Shown: positions 34,301 to 43,761 of the stretch, piece after piece
Numbering within the stretch: the first letter of the stretch is position 1
Layout: the number at the start of each line of letters is the position of its first letter
Source of the DNA: an uncultured Eubacteriales bacterium
GTDB taxonomy: Bacteria; Bacillota; Clostridia; Oscillospirales; CAG-272
Assembly: GCA_959601495.1 (NCBI GenBank)
Contig: CAUGPT010000004.1
Location: 14,844-78,843 of the forward strand
Direction of reading: 5' to 3'
DNA: 64,000 nucleotides
Notes under the pieces: generated by a model
Told to the model about the DNA's origin: nothing
What the model saw: the letters and a program-made list of their open reading frames with translations, nothing else
Databases searched by the model: none
Translations under genes and position numbers: made by a program

Positions 34301-35933
34301 AAGCTTCGCCATCTACGGCGTACATGTACGCAGCAAGAAGGTAACTCTTGACCTTAACGGTCACACTATCACCACCGACTTCGGCGAGGGCAACAATAAC
34401 TGGTGCGCGCTGTACCTTAATAATGCCGAACTTACCGTTATCGGTGACGGCACAATTACTGCATATGCTACTACAGGCGGCTATGTATTCAACCTTGTTA
34501 ATTCCAAACTCTATATTGAGAACGGTACATTCAGCGGTAATCCCAGTGTTGTAAATGTTGAGTCCGGTACGGCATATATCCGCGGCGGCAGATTCTATAC
34601 CGACGACGAGAATAAGAACTTCCTGGTTAACTGTATTGATAAGGCTTATAAAGACGGTATTGCCAACATTGAAGTAACCGGCGGTACATTCAGAGACTTT
34701 GACCCCAACAACTGCAAGGCTGAGGGCGAAGGCACAGACTTTGTTCCCGTAGACTACAAGTCCGTAGCTTCCGAGGAAGAGGGCTGGTTCAATGTAGTTC
34801 CCTGTGATCCTCACGAGTATGAGGTGAGCGAGAGAGTTGAGTCCACCTGTGTAGTTGCAGGTCATATTACTTACACCTGTAAGAATTGCGGCAGAAGCTA
34901 TGATGAGCCTCTGGAGCTTGCAGATCATACTCCCGGCGAGTGGACCGTTGAAAAAGAGCCTACCGCTGGTGCTCCCGGTCTCGAGGTGCTTCGCTGTGCA
35001 GTTTGCGGAGAGATCCTTGATTCCCGCGAGATCCCCGCTCTCGGATTCATCACAAAGGTTTCCGCTAACAGCTATGTCAAGTCCGCAACTCTTGACGGTA
35101 CTGTAATCAGAATCGTCACCAGCGGCACTGCAATTTCAACCGCAAGATTTGCAATCGGATACACCAAGGGCGTTACCTTCACGACCGAAGGCTGCACCGC
35201 ACCCGTGGTACGCAGCACATGGGCTTACATCGACCTTGATCTGCCTTGCGAAGGCGGCAAGATCATCTGCACCGATACAGCCGGCAATACTCAGGAATAC
35301 ACCGTTGAGGTTACCTCCTCTCCTTCTTCCTACAAGTATTACACCGCAGTAGCAGGCGGCTATACCGTTGACAGAGTTGACGATACGACCGCAGCAGATA
35401 CGTTCTATGTATACGCTAAGCCGAACATGAACAACGCAACCCTCATGCTCCAGATTCCCGCAGCTAACACCTATACCTACAGCGAGGGTCTGACGCTTGT
35501 TAAGGCAGGTAATAAGGTATACTTTAAGGCACTCTCGACCGCAGATACCCACGAGTACACCATCACCATTACTACTCCCAACGGCGTAGCAAAGACATAC
35601 ACTGTATACTACGTATTCGATAACACCAACATTGCAGACTGTCTGGGCGGTTACATGGTAGACAGATGTGAGATGAACGGCGACGTAATCAACCTTGCCG
35701 TAAGTGCTGATTACACATATGCTTCCTTCAGATTTATATTCAACAACACCACCACTACTCTTGTATGGCCGGATGATGTTGATGTAGTAATGGGAGGTAA
35801 AGGCGGCATCCACTGGTTCAAGATCTACAACGACGGCACAGGCGCTGTAACCAAGCAGTTCACTGCAAGAGATACAGCTACCGGCGTAGTTGAGACCTAT
35901 ACAGTTAACGTTACTTTCGGTGCTCTCAACTGA
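31332..35933 (+). CDS. Secreted 1533-aa multi-domain surface/scaffold-like protein: cohesin-like modules, His/Cys mini-modules, beta-helix-like block, Ig-like C-terminal region
   Basis: Signal peptide MKKLLSVIVIVTMLVTAMCPAFA. There are three clear cohesin-like modules (e.g. TITVGDAATKPGNDIVVPVTVADNPGMFITRLTVKYDATKLTFVEAV...) plus two divergent N-terminal ones. Six PTCxxxGxxxxxCxxCG-type modules are present. Strong promoter and AGGAGG RBS. Confidence 0.85.
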   Translation: MKKLLSVIVIVTMLVTAMCPAFATMAADTIDISAENTYFTKNDDGNGESTMTVSVTNNPGFSDLTFVVYYDTTYVSSIEPDTASSVFGDDFITVNGARKSTVAAVKKLFTAAGLATGATIYARQIDVNYTDANGEPLNTAELGEILKFVVTSAGTYDEIPNEAVTVGYFVASASNVGGDNLEFSAPGTCAIEKDPWASFETEKTYDNFTLAAGDMNVYAGTTTVDVPVRVYNNTNEYGFLSTALTIVFPKELHLDSLIFNTKAQSVNPIKRISDDAHTDYAIQDHLDNFNEQCQGVFEQNNIDWRTLDAKCEYFLTEPTEPTVEGSMRETNALFYTLRFVLPENARPGTKYDIKVYTRVRDGVVGFVGGDGNENIVSMTHNLGNGSIKVLSKSACDHSETEEKIVTPATCTSVGTKNIVCKLCGEIIDTVEIPMTDHTYVSSVTEPTCEKGGYTTYTCSVCNHSYTGDETDALGHVAGEKKVTVEPTYEAEGTYEIRCTRCDKVLETGSIPKLVKTTITVGDAATKPGNDIVVPVTVADNPGMFITRLTVKYDATKLTFVEAVNGEVFADATNVLFTKVEDGNLTLYFETADEADTSVNGVLANLKFTVNSDESIVGTTDITVEVEDAVNYAGKDLDIVTANGTVTIAANQKITAESREVEINKTVEVPVAIAANEGVWALRLEVAYNADLITLESIKSGLLSLEEGVNYSVKDGVITIFKDADDLANIEADGTLFTLVFKAGAATGESAVGITVLNAINNKGEDLSIKIFNGAVKVIPCTHSEYKTEVTKAPTVEEEGVLSYICTNCGETFKTEPIARLAGLTIGKVTANAGGAVAVPVTVSSNPGTYSIRMEYRYDAEALTFVNVTGGIFTADEFSASVHDGVVTVYVEADTVANITDDGVAFTLNFTAASTAEGTYEVAGTLLQDSTLNVDGDEIAYTVVNGEVAITNNFVARIGDNYYTDLKTAFNAAVDGDTVVITKNFSYGVDESFAIYGVHVRSKKVTLDLNGHTITTDFGEGNNNWCALYLNNAELTVIGDGTITAYATTGGYVFNLVNSKLYIENGTFSGNPSVVNVESGTAYIRGGRFYTDDENKNFLVNCIDKAYKDGIANIEVTGGTFRDFDPNNCKAEGEGTDFVPVDYKSVASEEEGWFNVVPCDPHEYEVSERVESTCVVAGHITYTCKNCGRSYDEPLELADHTPGEWTVEKEPTAGAPGLEVLRCAVCGEILDSREIPALGFITKVSANSYVKSATLDGTVIRIVTSGTAISTARFAIGYTKGVTFTTEGCTAPVVRSTWAYIDLDLPCEGGKIICTDTAGNTQEYTVEVTSSPSSYKYYTAVAGGYTVDRVDDTTAADTFYVYAKPNMNNATLMLQIPAANTYTYSEGLTLVKAGNKVYFKALSTADTHEYTITITTPNGVAKTYTVYYVFDNTNIADCLGGYMVDRCEMNGDVINLAVSADYTYASFRFIFNNTTTTLVWPDDVDVVMGGKGGIHWFKIYNDGTGAVTKQFTARDTATGVVETYTVNVTFGALN

Positions 35934-35970
35934 TAGTACGGATGCAAAAGTCAAATAATTGAGAAACGGT

Positions 35971-36003
35971 GCACCCCGCTCCATATGGAGCGGGGTGCAT
36001 TTG
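35971..36003 (+). terminator. Hairpin terminator after the 1533-aa protein gene
   Basis: GCACCCCGCTCC-atat-GGAGCGGGGTGC (12-bp stem) followed by ATTT. The weak U-tract may allow read-through into the glycan locus. Confidence 0.55.
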
Positions 36004-36018
36004 AGAACGGAGATTTTT

Positions 36019-37146
36019 ATGGCAGAACGTATACTTTGCGTGCTCGGCAAGCTGCGTGCCGGCGGAGTCGAAAGCATGATGTACTCATATTACCGCGTGC
36101 TTGACAAAAGCCGCTGGCAATACGATTTTGTATATGAGGAGGGCTCGGAGTTTGATGTGCCCGCAGGGCTTACCGCTATGGGCGCCGGTGCATATAAGGT
36201 GCCCTCTGTATCGTCACCGCATAAATACATAAAGGCTATGAAAAAGCTTATACGCGACGGCGGATACCGCATAGTTCACACAAACCTAAACACGCTGTCG
36301 CTGTTTTCGCTTTGGGCGGCAAAATGCTGCGGCGTGAAAATACGTATACTACATAACCATTCCACATCATCGGGTGTGGAGAAAAAGCGTGATATAATTA
36401 AAAAAGTCCTGCGCCCGTTCAACAGAATGCTCACAACGCACCCATGCGCCTGCTCGGAATACGCCGCGCGCTGGATGTACGGTGACAAAGCTGTCGACAG
36501 CGGGAAAATTAAGGTTTTTCCGAACGGCGTCGATACGGAAAAATTCAGCTATGATCCCGGGTCCCGGGATGAGATCCGACGCGAATTCAATTTAGGAAAC
36601 AACACTGTGATAGGTCACATAGGAAGGTTCAATACGCAGAAGAACCATAAATTCCTTATAGACATTTTCAGTGAGTATCATAAAATCGACAAAAACGCAT
36701 ACCTCCTTTGCGTCGGCGGGGGAGAACTGATGGATGAGATCAAAGAGTATGCGAACAAGTGCGGTGTGGCGGACAGAGTGATTTTCGCCGGATACCGCAA
36801 CGCCGATGTTCAGAAGTTTTACAGCGCATTTGACATTTTTGTGCTGCCTTCGCTTTATGAGGGACTGCCGGTCGTGGCAGTCGAAGCCTGCGCCGCGGGA
36901 CTGCCTGTGCTCATGTCAGAACACGTTACGAAAGAGGCTCTCATAACCGACAGATGCGAAATGCTTTCCATAAACGGCGAGAATGACGCTTCTGCCTGGG
37001 CAGAGCACATAAAGTCGGCACTCGGCGAAAACGACCGCGCGAAAACCGCCGCTCAGATGGCAAACGGATGCTTTAATATCAGAAACAGCGCAGCGGAGCT
37101 TGAAAACTACTATGCGGCATGTGCAGCGGAGCTTGACAGGGCATGA
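36019..37146 (+). CDS. Glycosyltransferase family 4 (GT-B, EpsF-like)
   Basis: N-terminal GKLRAGGVESMM and the C-terminal EGLPVVAVEACAAGLPV motif typical of GT4. ATG 36019 lies after the upstream terminator. Confidence 0.8.
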   Translation: MAERILCVLGKLRAGGVESMMYSYYRVLDKSRWQYDFVYEEGSEFDVPAGLTAMGAGAYKVPSVSSPHKYIKAMKKLIRDGGYRIVHTNLNTLSLFSLWAAKCCGVKIRILHNHSTSSGVEKKRDIIKKVLRPFNRMLTTHPCACSEYAARWMYGDKAVDSGKIKVFPNGVDTEKFSYDPGSRDEIRREFNLGNNTVIGHIGRFNTQKNHKFLIDIFSEYHKIDKNAYLLCVGGGELMDEIKEYANKCGVADRVIFAGYRNADVQKFYSAFDIFVLPSLYEGLPVVAVEACAAGLPVLMSEHVTKEALITDRCEMLSINGENDASAWAEHIKSALGENDRAKTAAQMANGCFNIRNSAAELENYYAACAAELDRA

Positions 37147-38177
37147 AAACTGTAATACATTTTCTTATAACCGATATATACTCCGGCGCGGAAAGCGTCG
37201 CCGCACATATTATCAAAAACCTCCCCTCCGGTTGGGATGGATACTATGCGGCACCCGCCGGCAGCGGGCTTGAAAAAGTCAGCGCCATGGGTATAAAAAC
37301 GATAGAGTGCAACACCTCCGATATAAACGATATAAAGCGGGTGTGCAGAGAGTATTCTCCGGACGCCCTTCACGCACATGATCCTCATATGAGCTTTAAC
37401 TGCGCGCGTGCGGGCATTCCGTTTGTGGCGCATCTGCACTGCAACTGTCCGTGGCTTTCAAAGCTTTGCCCCAACAGCATAGCTCTTGCATATGTTTGTC
37501 TCAGGGCTTCAAAGGTCATATGCGTTTCAAACAGCATAGTTGACAGCTACATTTTCAAAAACATCCTCAAAAAAAAGGCGGCTGTCCTCAATAACTGCAT
37601 TGACGCCGCCGAAATACGGGACCTCGCGTTGGAGCCGTGCGGCGAAAGCTATGATATTTGCTTTACGGGGAGGCTTGAGGAGGAAAAAGGCCCGCTTGAG
37701 TTTGTCAGGGTCGTGGCTGATGTTAAGAAGGCTCTTCCTAATGTGTCCGCTGTTATGCTGGGAGACGGCAGCCTCAGAAAGGCGACTTCGGCTCTCATCG
37801 GGGAACTGAACCTTAGCGCAAATATCACACTCAAGGGTTTTGTGGATAATCCGTATAAGTATATGATGGCTTCAAAGCTCGGCGTCCTCACCCCGGTCGT
37901 CGAGGGCTTCGGACTTGCGGCGGCGGAGCAGCTGTTGCTGGGGCATCCGTTCTTGGCATATCCCGTGGGCGGGCTTACGGAGATCGTAAACGACAGGTGC
38001 GGCAAGCTGTGCCGCTCGAAAAAAGAGATGTGCGCGGAGATCGTCCGCCTGCTTTCGGACAGCGCCTACTACGCCGCGAAATCGTCATATGCACCCATGG
38101 CGGCAGCACGCTTTGCCGATATGAAAAGTTATATGGAAAGCATTACGTCATGGTATTCGGCGCTGCCGAAGGTTTGA
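37143..38177 (+). CDS. Glycosyltransferase family 4
   Basis: GRLEEEKGP and VEGFGLAAAEQLLLGHP motifs. ATGA overlap with the upstream GT4 gene. Confidence 0.75.
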   Translation: MKTVIHFLITDIYSGAESVAAHIIKNLPSGWDGYYAAPAGSGLEKVSAMGIKTIECNTSDINDIKRVCREYSPDALHAHDPHMSFNCARAGIPFVAHLHCNCPWLSKLCPNSIALAYVCLRASKVICVSNSIVDSYIFKNILKKKAAVLNNCIDAAEIRDLALEPCGESYDICFTGRLEEEKGPLEFVRVVADVKKALPNVSAVMLGDGSLRKATSALIGELNLSANITLKGFVDNPYKYMMASKLGVLTPVVEGFGLAAAEQLLLGHPFLAYPVGGLTEIVNDRCGKLCRSKKEMCAEIVRLLSDSAYYAAKSSYAPMAAARFADMKSYMESITSWYSALPKV

Positions 38178-38286
38178 CGGCTTCTCGTATTTTTTGCCGA
38201 ACCATGCCGCACGCGCGCGGGGATTGACAGCTATTTCGCAATGTGATAAAATATTAGAAAAGCAACCGAAAGGCACGGGCTGAACA

Positions 38287-39666
38287 GTGGAGTATATACT
38301 TTCATTTTTGCTGCTCTTACTCAATCTTGTGAACTATGAGCAAAGTATAAATAAAGTAGTATTTTTTGCTGCGGGACTCGTGCTTTTTTGCGCACTTTTC
38401 GTTTTTTGTATGCGAAAGGCGAAAAACTTTCTTGCCGCGTGCATCATGATGCTGTGCCACACATGGCAGATATCGTGGATAAACATTTTCGGCGATCCTT
38501 CGACGAGCCTGCAGCTGCCGTGGTTCTATTTAACGGGCGTGCTGATAGCCGGATACGCGCTTTTCAACATCCGCAGCATGATGAAAACAAAGGTGGGCAG
38601 TGTACTGCTTGCGTCCTTTGCGGCAATTTTTCTTATATTCACGTACCCTCTTGCCACTTCACATTCCAAGTCGGAGGGACTTAAGGAATATATAATGATC
38701 GGATTTTTCCTTGTGCTCACATTCATTGCGGTGCTGTTTTCTTCAACTGTTCCGCATGAGTGCAAGCGTCACATAGAAAACGCGTTCATTTTTGCCGTTG
38801 TCGTTTCATCGGCGCTGCTCATATTCCAGTACGTATATTACACGGCGACCGGACGGTTCATTTTCAAATTTGCCGTCGGTCAGTATAACGGATCGAGCAT
38901 GCGCAGCGCGAAGCTGTTGATGGAGGACACCAGCTGCTCTACCCTTATGCTCGGCTGCGGCGTGTTCTATATGCTGGACAGGCTGAACAAGAAAAACTGG
39001 GTTTTGTACGGCGCGATGATCGTGGTGACCGTTGTGGGTCTTGCGTTTACCACAAGACGTACAAGTGTGGTCACTTTGATGATAGTGCTTGTACTGTATG
39101 TTTTGCTCCATTATAAGGGAGCAATGAAAAAGGCGCTGATGCTCTTGATAATCTGCGGCATTATAGCGGTAATGATAACATATCTTCTCGCGGCGCGTCC
39201 GGTGGATGATATACGCCTCGTTTTTGACGAAAACGGACGTGTGGAGTATTATCGGAACAGCCTTGAGGTGCTGCTGAAAAATCCGCTGGGTATAGGATAC
39301 GACAACAATTACCTTGTTGACGTTGTGGGCGGCATAGTTCCGCACAATACTGTGCTTCGCTGGCTCGTAATGGGCGGCTATCCGTTTGCCGTGCCGATGG
39401 TGGCGATAATGGTGCTGATTTTGCGCGAGTCGTACGTAAAGAAGTTTTCCGCCGAGTTCTGGATAGTGCTTTATACGCTCATCGGCTCAAACTTTATACC
39501 GGATATACTCAACGCGCGGTTTTTCGTTATACCGTGTATGACGGTGTTTCTGTTCAGCCGCGCGGCGAGCCCCGTTCCGGGCGCCGAAACAACAGCGGCG
39601 GCTCCGTCCGGCGGCACCGCTTTGCCGAACGCGGGTGCAGCACAGACAAAGAAGTACAGGGTGTGA
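38287..39666 (+). CDS. O-antigen ligase/polymerase-like (Wzy-type) polytopic membrane protein
   Basis: ~12 predicted TM helices with a large periplasmic-type loop. Positioned in the glycan locus between the GTs and Wzx. GTG start. Confidence 0.6.
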   Translation: MEYILSFLLLLLNLVNYEQSINKVVFFAAGLVLFCALFVFCMRKAKNFLAACIMMLCHTWQISWINIFGDPSTSLQLPWFYLTGVLIAGYALFNIRSMMKTKVGSVLLASFAAIFLIFTYPLATSHSKSEGLKEYIMIGFFLVLTFIAVLFSSTVPHECKRHIENAFIFAVVVSSALLIFQYVYYTATGRFIFKFAVGQYNGSSMRSAKLLMEDTSCSTLMLGCGVFYMLDRLNKKNWVLYGAMIVVTVVGLAFTTRRTSVVTLMIVLVLYVLLHYKGAMKKALMLLIICGIIAVMITYLLAARPVDDIRLVFDENGRVEYYRNSLEVLLKNPLGIGYDNNYLVDVVGGIVPHNTVLRWLVMGGYPFAVPMVAIMVLILRESYVKKFSAEFWIVLYTLIGSNFIPDILNARFFVIPCMTVFLFSRAASPVPGAETTAAAPSGGTALPNAGAAQTKKYRV

Positions 39667-39729
39667 CAAATGCTTTTCCGCCGCAGCGGATGCGGCACAA
39701 ATCAGAAGTTTGAAAGGCACGACTCAGAT

Positions 39730-40944
39730 ATGAAAAAAGTTCTCATGTATAACCACGGCAGCAGCCAGAACCACGGCTGCGAAGCGATAATAAGAACGGT
39801 TTCGGGCATAATATCCCGCCGCTATCCCGACGCGCGCTATACTGTCTCCTCCTTCAGACCCGGCGACGACATAGAGTTCATCGGACCCGACGGCGGAAGA
39901 TATAATTTTGTGTATGCCGACAGACTGAGCCGCAGGGGAAACTATGCCATGCGCACAAAGATAATCGGCGGCTTCAGCCAGCTTTTTCACCGCATCCCCG
40001 CGTTTTCGTATCTGTTTAAGGACACCGTCAACGCCGCAAAAGAGGCGGATCTCATAATTTCCGTCGGCGGTGATAACTACTCCTACGGACGCAGCCTCGG
40101 ACGTACAACCATTGACAACGGACTGCGCCGCATCTGCAAAAAATCCGTGCTTTGGGGATGCTCCATAAATCCCGAACTTCTTGACGGCAAAAAGCAGAAG
40201 TATAAGCTTGACGGCCTCCGCCGTTTTTCGCTCATAACCGCCCGCGAGAGTCTTACGTACGAAGCGCTTAAGGCTCACGGACTTGATAACGTAAAGCTGT
40301 ATCCCGACCCGGCGTTCACCCTGCCGACGGGAGAAGTGAAGGAGCCCATGTTTGACAATGACCGCGACATTGTGGGTATAAACCTCAGTCCTCTCATCCG
40401 CAGCTACGAAACGGGAGACGACATAACGCTCAAATGCTACGTCGCTCTTGTGAAATACATACTTGAAAATACCGATTTCAATATTGCTCTTATATCCCAT
40501 GTAATAAGCCGCACGTCCAACGACAGCGACGCCGCGCGCGATATTATGAAGTTTTTCCCCGATTGCGGCGACAGAATGAAGCTGTTTGACCGCGGCAACA
40601 CGATAGACATAAAGGGATATATCTCAAAATGCCGCTATTTTGTCGCGGCAAGGACCCACGCATCGATCGCGGCATATTCCAATTGTATCCCTACCCTTGT
40701 CGTGGGATATTCCGTAAAGGCAAAGGGAATAGCAAAGGACCTGTTCGGCACGTGGGACGGCTATGTTATTCCCGTAGACAGCCTATGCGAGGAAGACAGC
40801 CTTATTTCGGCGTTCAAAAACCTTTGCAAAAACGAAGAGAGCATCCGCGCGCATCTGGAAAGCATAATGCCGGAATATATAAAGCGTGCCGACGCGGCAG
40901 GCGATGAGATAGTTCGTCTTCTCGGGGAGGACGACCGTGCTTAA
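39730..40944 (+). CDS. Polysaccharide pyruvyl transferase family protein
   Basis: MKKVLMYNHGSSQNHGCEAI... N-terminus and ISVGGDNYSYG, typical of PF04230-type pyruvyl transferases as I recall them. Locus context. Confidence 0.7.
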   Translation: MKKVLMYNHGSSQNHGCEAIIRTVSGIISRRYPDARYTVSSFRPGDDIEFIGPDGGRYNFVYADRLSRRGNYAMRTKIIGGFSQLFHRIPAFSYLFKDTVNAAKEADLIISVGGDNYSYGRSLGRTTIDNGLRRICKKSVLWGCSINPELLDGKKQKYKLDGLRRFSLITARESLTYEALKAHGLDNVKLYPDPAFTLPTGEVKEPMFDNDRDIVGINLSPLIRSYETGDDITLKCYVALVKYILENTDFNIALISHVISRTSNDSDAARDIMKFFPDCGDRMKLFDRGNTIDIKGYISKCRYFVAARTHASIAAYSNCIPTLVVGYSVKAKGIAKDLFGTWDGYVIPVDSLCEEDSLISAFKNLCKNEESIRAHLESIMPEYIKRADAAGDEIVRLLGEDDRA

Positions 40945-42472
40945 TCAGCGCCGCAGCGGTGCGGTGCTTTCGTATGTCTATATAATCGTCAATATGCTGG
41001 TCATTCTCGTGTACCAGCCTTTTGTGCTGCGCACTCTCGGCTCATCCGAGTACGGACTGTACCAGCTTGCCGCCTCTGTCATAAACTATCTGACGGTAAT
41101 GGATCTCGGTTTCGGCAACGGCATAGTTGTATACAGCACAAAATACCGCGCTGCTGGCAGATACGAGGAAGAAAAGCGCCTATTGGGAATGTTCTCCGTA
41201 ATATTTCTTGGCATCGGAGCGGTGGCAGCCTGCGCGGGAGTCGTTATCGCGCTGAACGCGGGCAGGATCTTTGCCGCCTCTCTTACAGCCGCGGAAATAG
41301 CGAAGAGCAAGATACTCATGCTTATTCTGTCAGCCAACGTGGGCATGACATTTGCATTTACCATATACGGCAATATAATAATTTCGCACGAGCGTTTTGT
41401 GTTTTCAAAGCTTGTGACCATACTGCGCGTGCTGCTGAATCCCCTTATAATGCTGCCCCTGCTTCTCCTCGGCGCCGATTCCGTTGCCATGGTGTCTGTG
41501 CTTGCGGCGGTAAACGTGGGCTGCCTTTTGTCAAATTTCATATACTGCCGCAAAAAGCTCGGAGTCAGAGTGCGTTTTGCGGGCTTTGACAAGAAAATAT
41601 TTCTTACGATATTCTCATTTTCCGTTTTCATATTTATGACGGAAGTGGTCGATAAGATCAACTGGTATGTCGATCAGGCGATACTGGGCGTTGTCAGCGG
41701 AACGAGGGAAGTAACGGTATATTCCATGGCGTCCAACTACAATCAGATGGTGCTGTTGGTTTCGTCCGCCCTTGCTTCCGTAATGCTGCCGAAAATTTCG
41801 GCAATGGTCGCGCGCGGCGAGGGTGACAGAAAACTCAGCGACGAGTTTATAAAGGTCAGCCGTCTGCAGTTTTTCACGGTGTTCTTTATAGCAAGCGGCT
41901 TTGTGCTTTTCGGCAAAGAATTTGTAGTCTGGCACGCGGGTGAGATATGCGCACGCTCGTATTACGTCGCCGCTCTTCTCATATGCGGAGCGCTCATTCC
42001 AATAACGCAGACGGTCGCCACAAGCATAGTGCAGGCTAAAAACCTTTTCAGGCCCCGCGCGTGTATAACGCTTGTAATGGCATTATTTAACGTGGCGATA
42101 AGCATTCCGCTTGCCATGCGCTTCGGCAGCGTCGGCAGCGCGGCGGGTACGGCACTGGCGCTTGTGATTGCAAACGGAGTTGCCATGAATATATATTACG
42201 CAAAATGGTGCGGCATAGATATAGCCGGATACTGGAAAAATATTCTGCGTATCCTGCCGGGGGCGGTTGCTCCCATCACCGTGGGTGTGCTTTTCAGAGT
42301 GTTTGTACCCATTAACGCCGTGTGGAAGTTTATTGTCGGTGTGGCGCTGTATTCCGCAATATATGCGCTGTCCATGTGGCTTGTAAGCTTCAATACTTAT
42401 GAAAAGGGAATATTCATGGGCGTTCTTCGTAAAATTACAGGGGGCAAAATAAATGCAGATAGAAACGCTTGA
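40937..42472 (+). CDS. wzx: Oligosaccharide flippase (Wzx, MOP superfamily)
   Basis: 511 aa, ~14 TM, N-terminus typical of polysaccharide biosynthesis/flippase proteins. GTG start after GGGGAGGA, overlapping the upstream stop. Confidence 0.75.
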   Translation: MLNQRRSGAVLSYVYIIVNMLVILVYQPFVLRTLGSSEYGLYQLAASVINYLTVMDLGFGNGIVVYSTKYRAAGRYEEEKRLLGMFSVIFLGIGAVAACAGVVIALNAGRIFAASLTAAEIAKSKILMLILSANVGMTFAFTIYGNIIISHERFVFSKLVTILRVLLNPLIMLPLLLLGADSVAMVSVLAAVNVGCLLSNFIYCRKKLGVRVRFAGFDKKIFLTIFSFSVFIFMTEVVDKINWYVDQAILGVVSGTREVTVYSMASNYNQMVLLVSSALASVMLPKISAMVARGEGDRKLSDEFIKVSRLQFFTVFFIASGFVLFGKEFVVWHAGEICARSYYVAALLICGALIPITQTVATSIVQAKNLFRPRACITLVMALFNVAISIPLAMRFGSVGSAAGTALALVIANGVAMNIYYAKWCGIDIAGYWKNILRILPGAVAPITVGVLFRVFVPINAVWKFIVGVALYSAIYALSMWLVSFNTYEKGIFMGVLRKITGGKINADRNA

Positions 42473-43640
42473 TAAAAGATGTACCGGCTGCGGCGCCTGC
42501 GCTGCGGCGTGTCCCATAAGTTGCATAACCATGACGCCTGACAAAGACGGATTTCTGTTTCCTCAGGTCAGCGACTCCTGCCTCGGGTGCGACCGCTGCA
42601 CGGATGCCTGCCCCGTTATAGGCTTTCGCAAAAAGGCGGCAGAGCGTCCGACGGCGTATGTCGCATATAACAAATGCCGCGACGAGAGAGAGACATCGTC
42701 CTCCGGGGGCATATTTGTGTTGATTGCGAAAAAGATCATCTCCGAGGGCGGAGCGGTGTACGGCGCCGCTGTTTGCGAAAATATGGAGGTGCGTCATGTG
42801 CGTGCCTGTACGAATGACGATATAAAGCGCTTGCAGGGTTCAAAATACGTGCAGAGTATTGTCAGCCGGGAAATATACGAATCGGTGAAAAAAGACCTTG
42901 AGAACGGCAAAAAAGTGCTGTTCAGCGGCACGCCTTGTCAGATTGCCGCAGTGAGCCGTGCGGTAGGGCAGCGAGAAGGATTTTACACAGCAAGCTTTAT
43001 TTGCCACGGCGTGCCGTCTCCGAAGATCTGGGCTGACTACGTTGCCGACAGAGAAGAGAAGGCAGGCGCGCGTATGACGTCCGCAAGCTTCAGAGACAAG
43101 AGCGCGGGTTGGGAGCGTATTTCAATGAAGACCGGATACGACAACGGAACGTTTCATGCGGCAACGCTTGACAAGGATTTGTATCTGCGGGCGTTTCTCC
43201 GAAATCTGTGTCTGAGAGAAAGCTGTTATGAGTGCATTTTCAAAGGCGACGGCGCATATATCGGCGCGGATATACTTCTGTCCGACTGGTGGAGCGCCGC
43301 AGACGGCGTTCTGCCGGAAAAGCTTGACGGGCGGGGAGTTTCGGCTTTGTATACGCTGACCGAAAAAGGCAGCGCCTTGTGGGATGCCGTAAGCGGTGAC
43401 TGCGTTTGGGCGGCAACTGAGTTCGGCAGGGCATCGGGCAACAATTCGTCATATTTTTCGTCCGCGCATAGACCTTCGGCGAGAGACGGTTTTATGTGCG
43501 AATGCACACCCGCAACGTTTGAAGAAAGCATTAAAAAATACGCCCGCACGCCGCTTAAAGCAAGGATGCGAGCCTCATTTATAAGATTGGCAAAAAAGCT
43601 GAAGATATATCAGCTTTTGAAGAATCTTTGCGGCAAATGA
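42453..43640 (+). CDS. Coenzyme F420 hydrogenase/dehydrogenase beta subunit-like (FrhB-like) protein with an N-terminal 2x[4Fe-4S] ferredoxin domain
   Basis: Cysteine clusters [12 protein letters not shown] and [12 protein letters not shown], followed by an FrhB-type body (SSSGGIF...GTPCQI...ICHGVPSP). Overlaps the wzx 3' end by 20 nt. Confidence 0.7.
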   Translation: MQIETLDKRCTGCGACAAACPISCITMTPDKDGFLFPQVSDSCLGCDRCTDACPVIGFRKKAAERPTAYVAYNKCRDERETSSSGGIFVLIAKKIISEGGAVYGAAVCENMEVRHVRACTNDDIKRLQGSKYVQSIVSREIYESVKKDLENGKKVLFSGTPCQIAAVSRAVGQREGFYTASFICHGVPSPKIWADYVADREEKAGARMTSASFRDKSAGWERISMKTGYDNGTFHAATLDKDLYLRAFLRNLCLRESCYECIFKGDGAYIGADILLSDWWSAADGVLPEKLDGRGVSALYTLTEKGSALWDAVSGDCVWAATEFGRASGNNSSYFSSAHRPSARDGFMCECTPATFEESIKKYARTPLKARMRASFIRLAKKLKIYQLLKNLCGK

Positions 43641-43761
43641 TATAATGTTTTGCACTTTGAGCAAAAAGCAGGAAAAAACTGTTGCATACAGCGCCGCTCC
43701 GTGCTATAATCTCATCTGTGATTTTAAGAGACGAAGGAAACGAAAGGACAAAGAGAGAAAA

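Noticed and set aside
32652-34928. A 758-codon open reading frame antisense to the 1533-aa surface protein gene, which could be read as an overlapping gene.
   Set aside because: It is codon-aligned with the sense frame; both frames start at positions divisible by 3. Its stops would therefore correspond to sense TTA, CTA and TCA codons, which this GC3-biased gene simply avoids. The translation is Cys/Val/Asn-rich with no RBS. This is a shadow ORF.
31332-35933. Considered calling the giant protein a bona fide cellulosomal or amylosomal scaffoldin.
   Set aside because: The cohesin-like assignment rests on pattern recognition only. No dockerin-bearing gene, carbohydrate-binding module or glycoside hydrolase is present in the window. 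The call is kept as cohesin-like with unknown partners.
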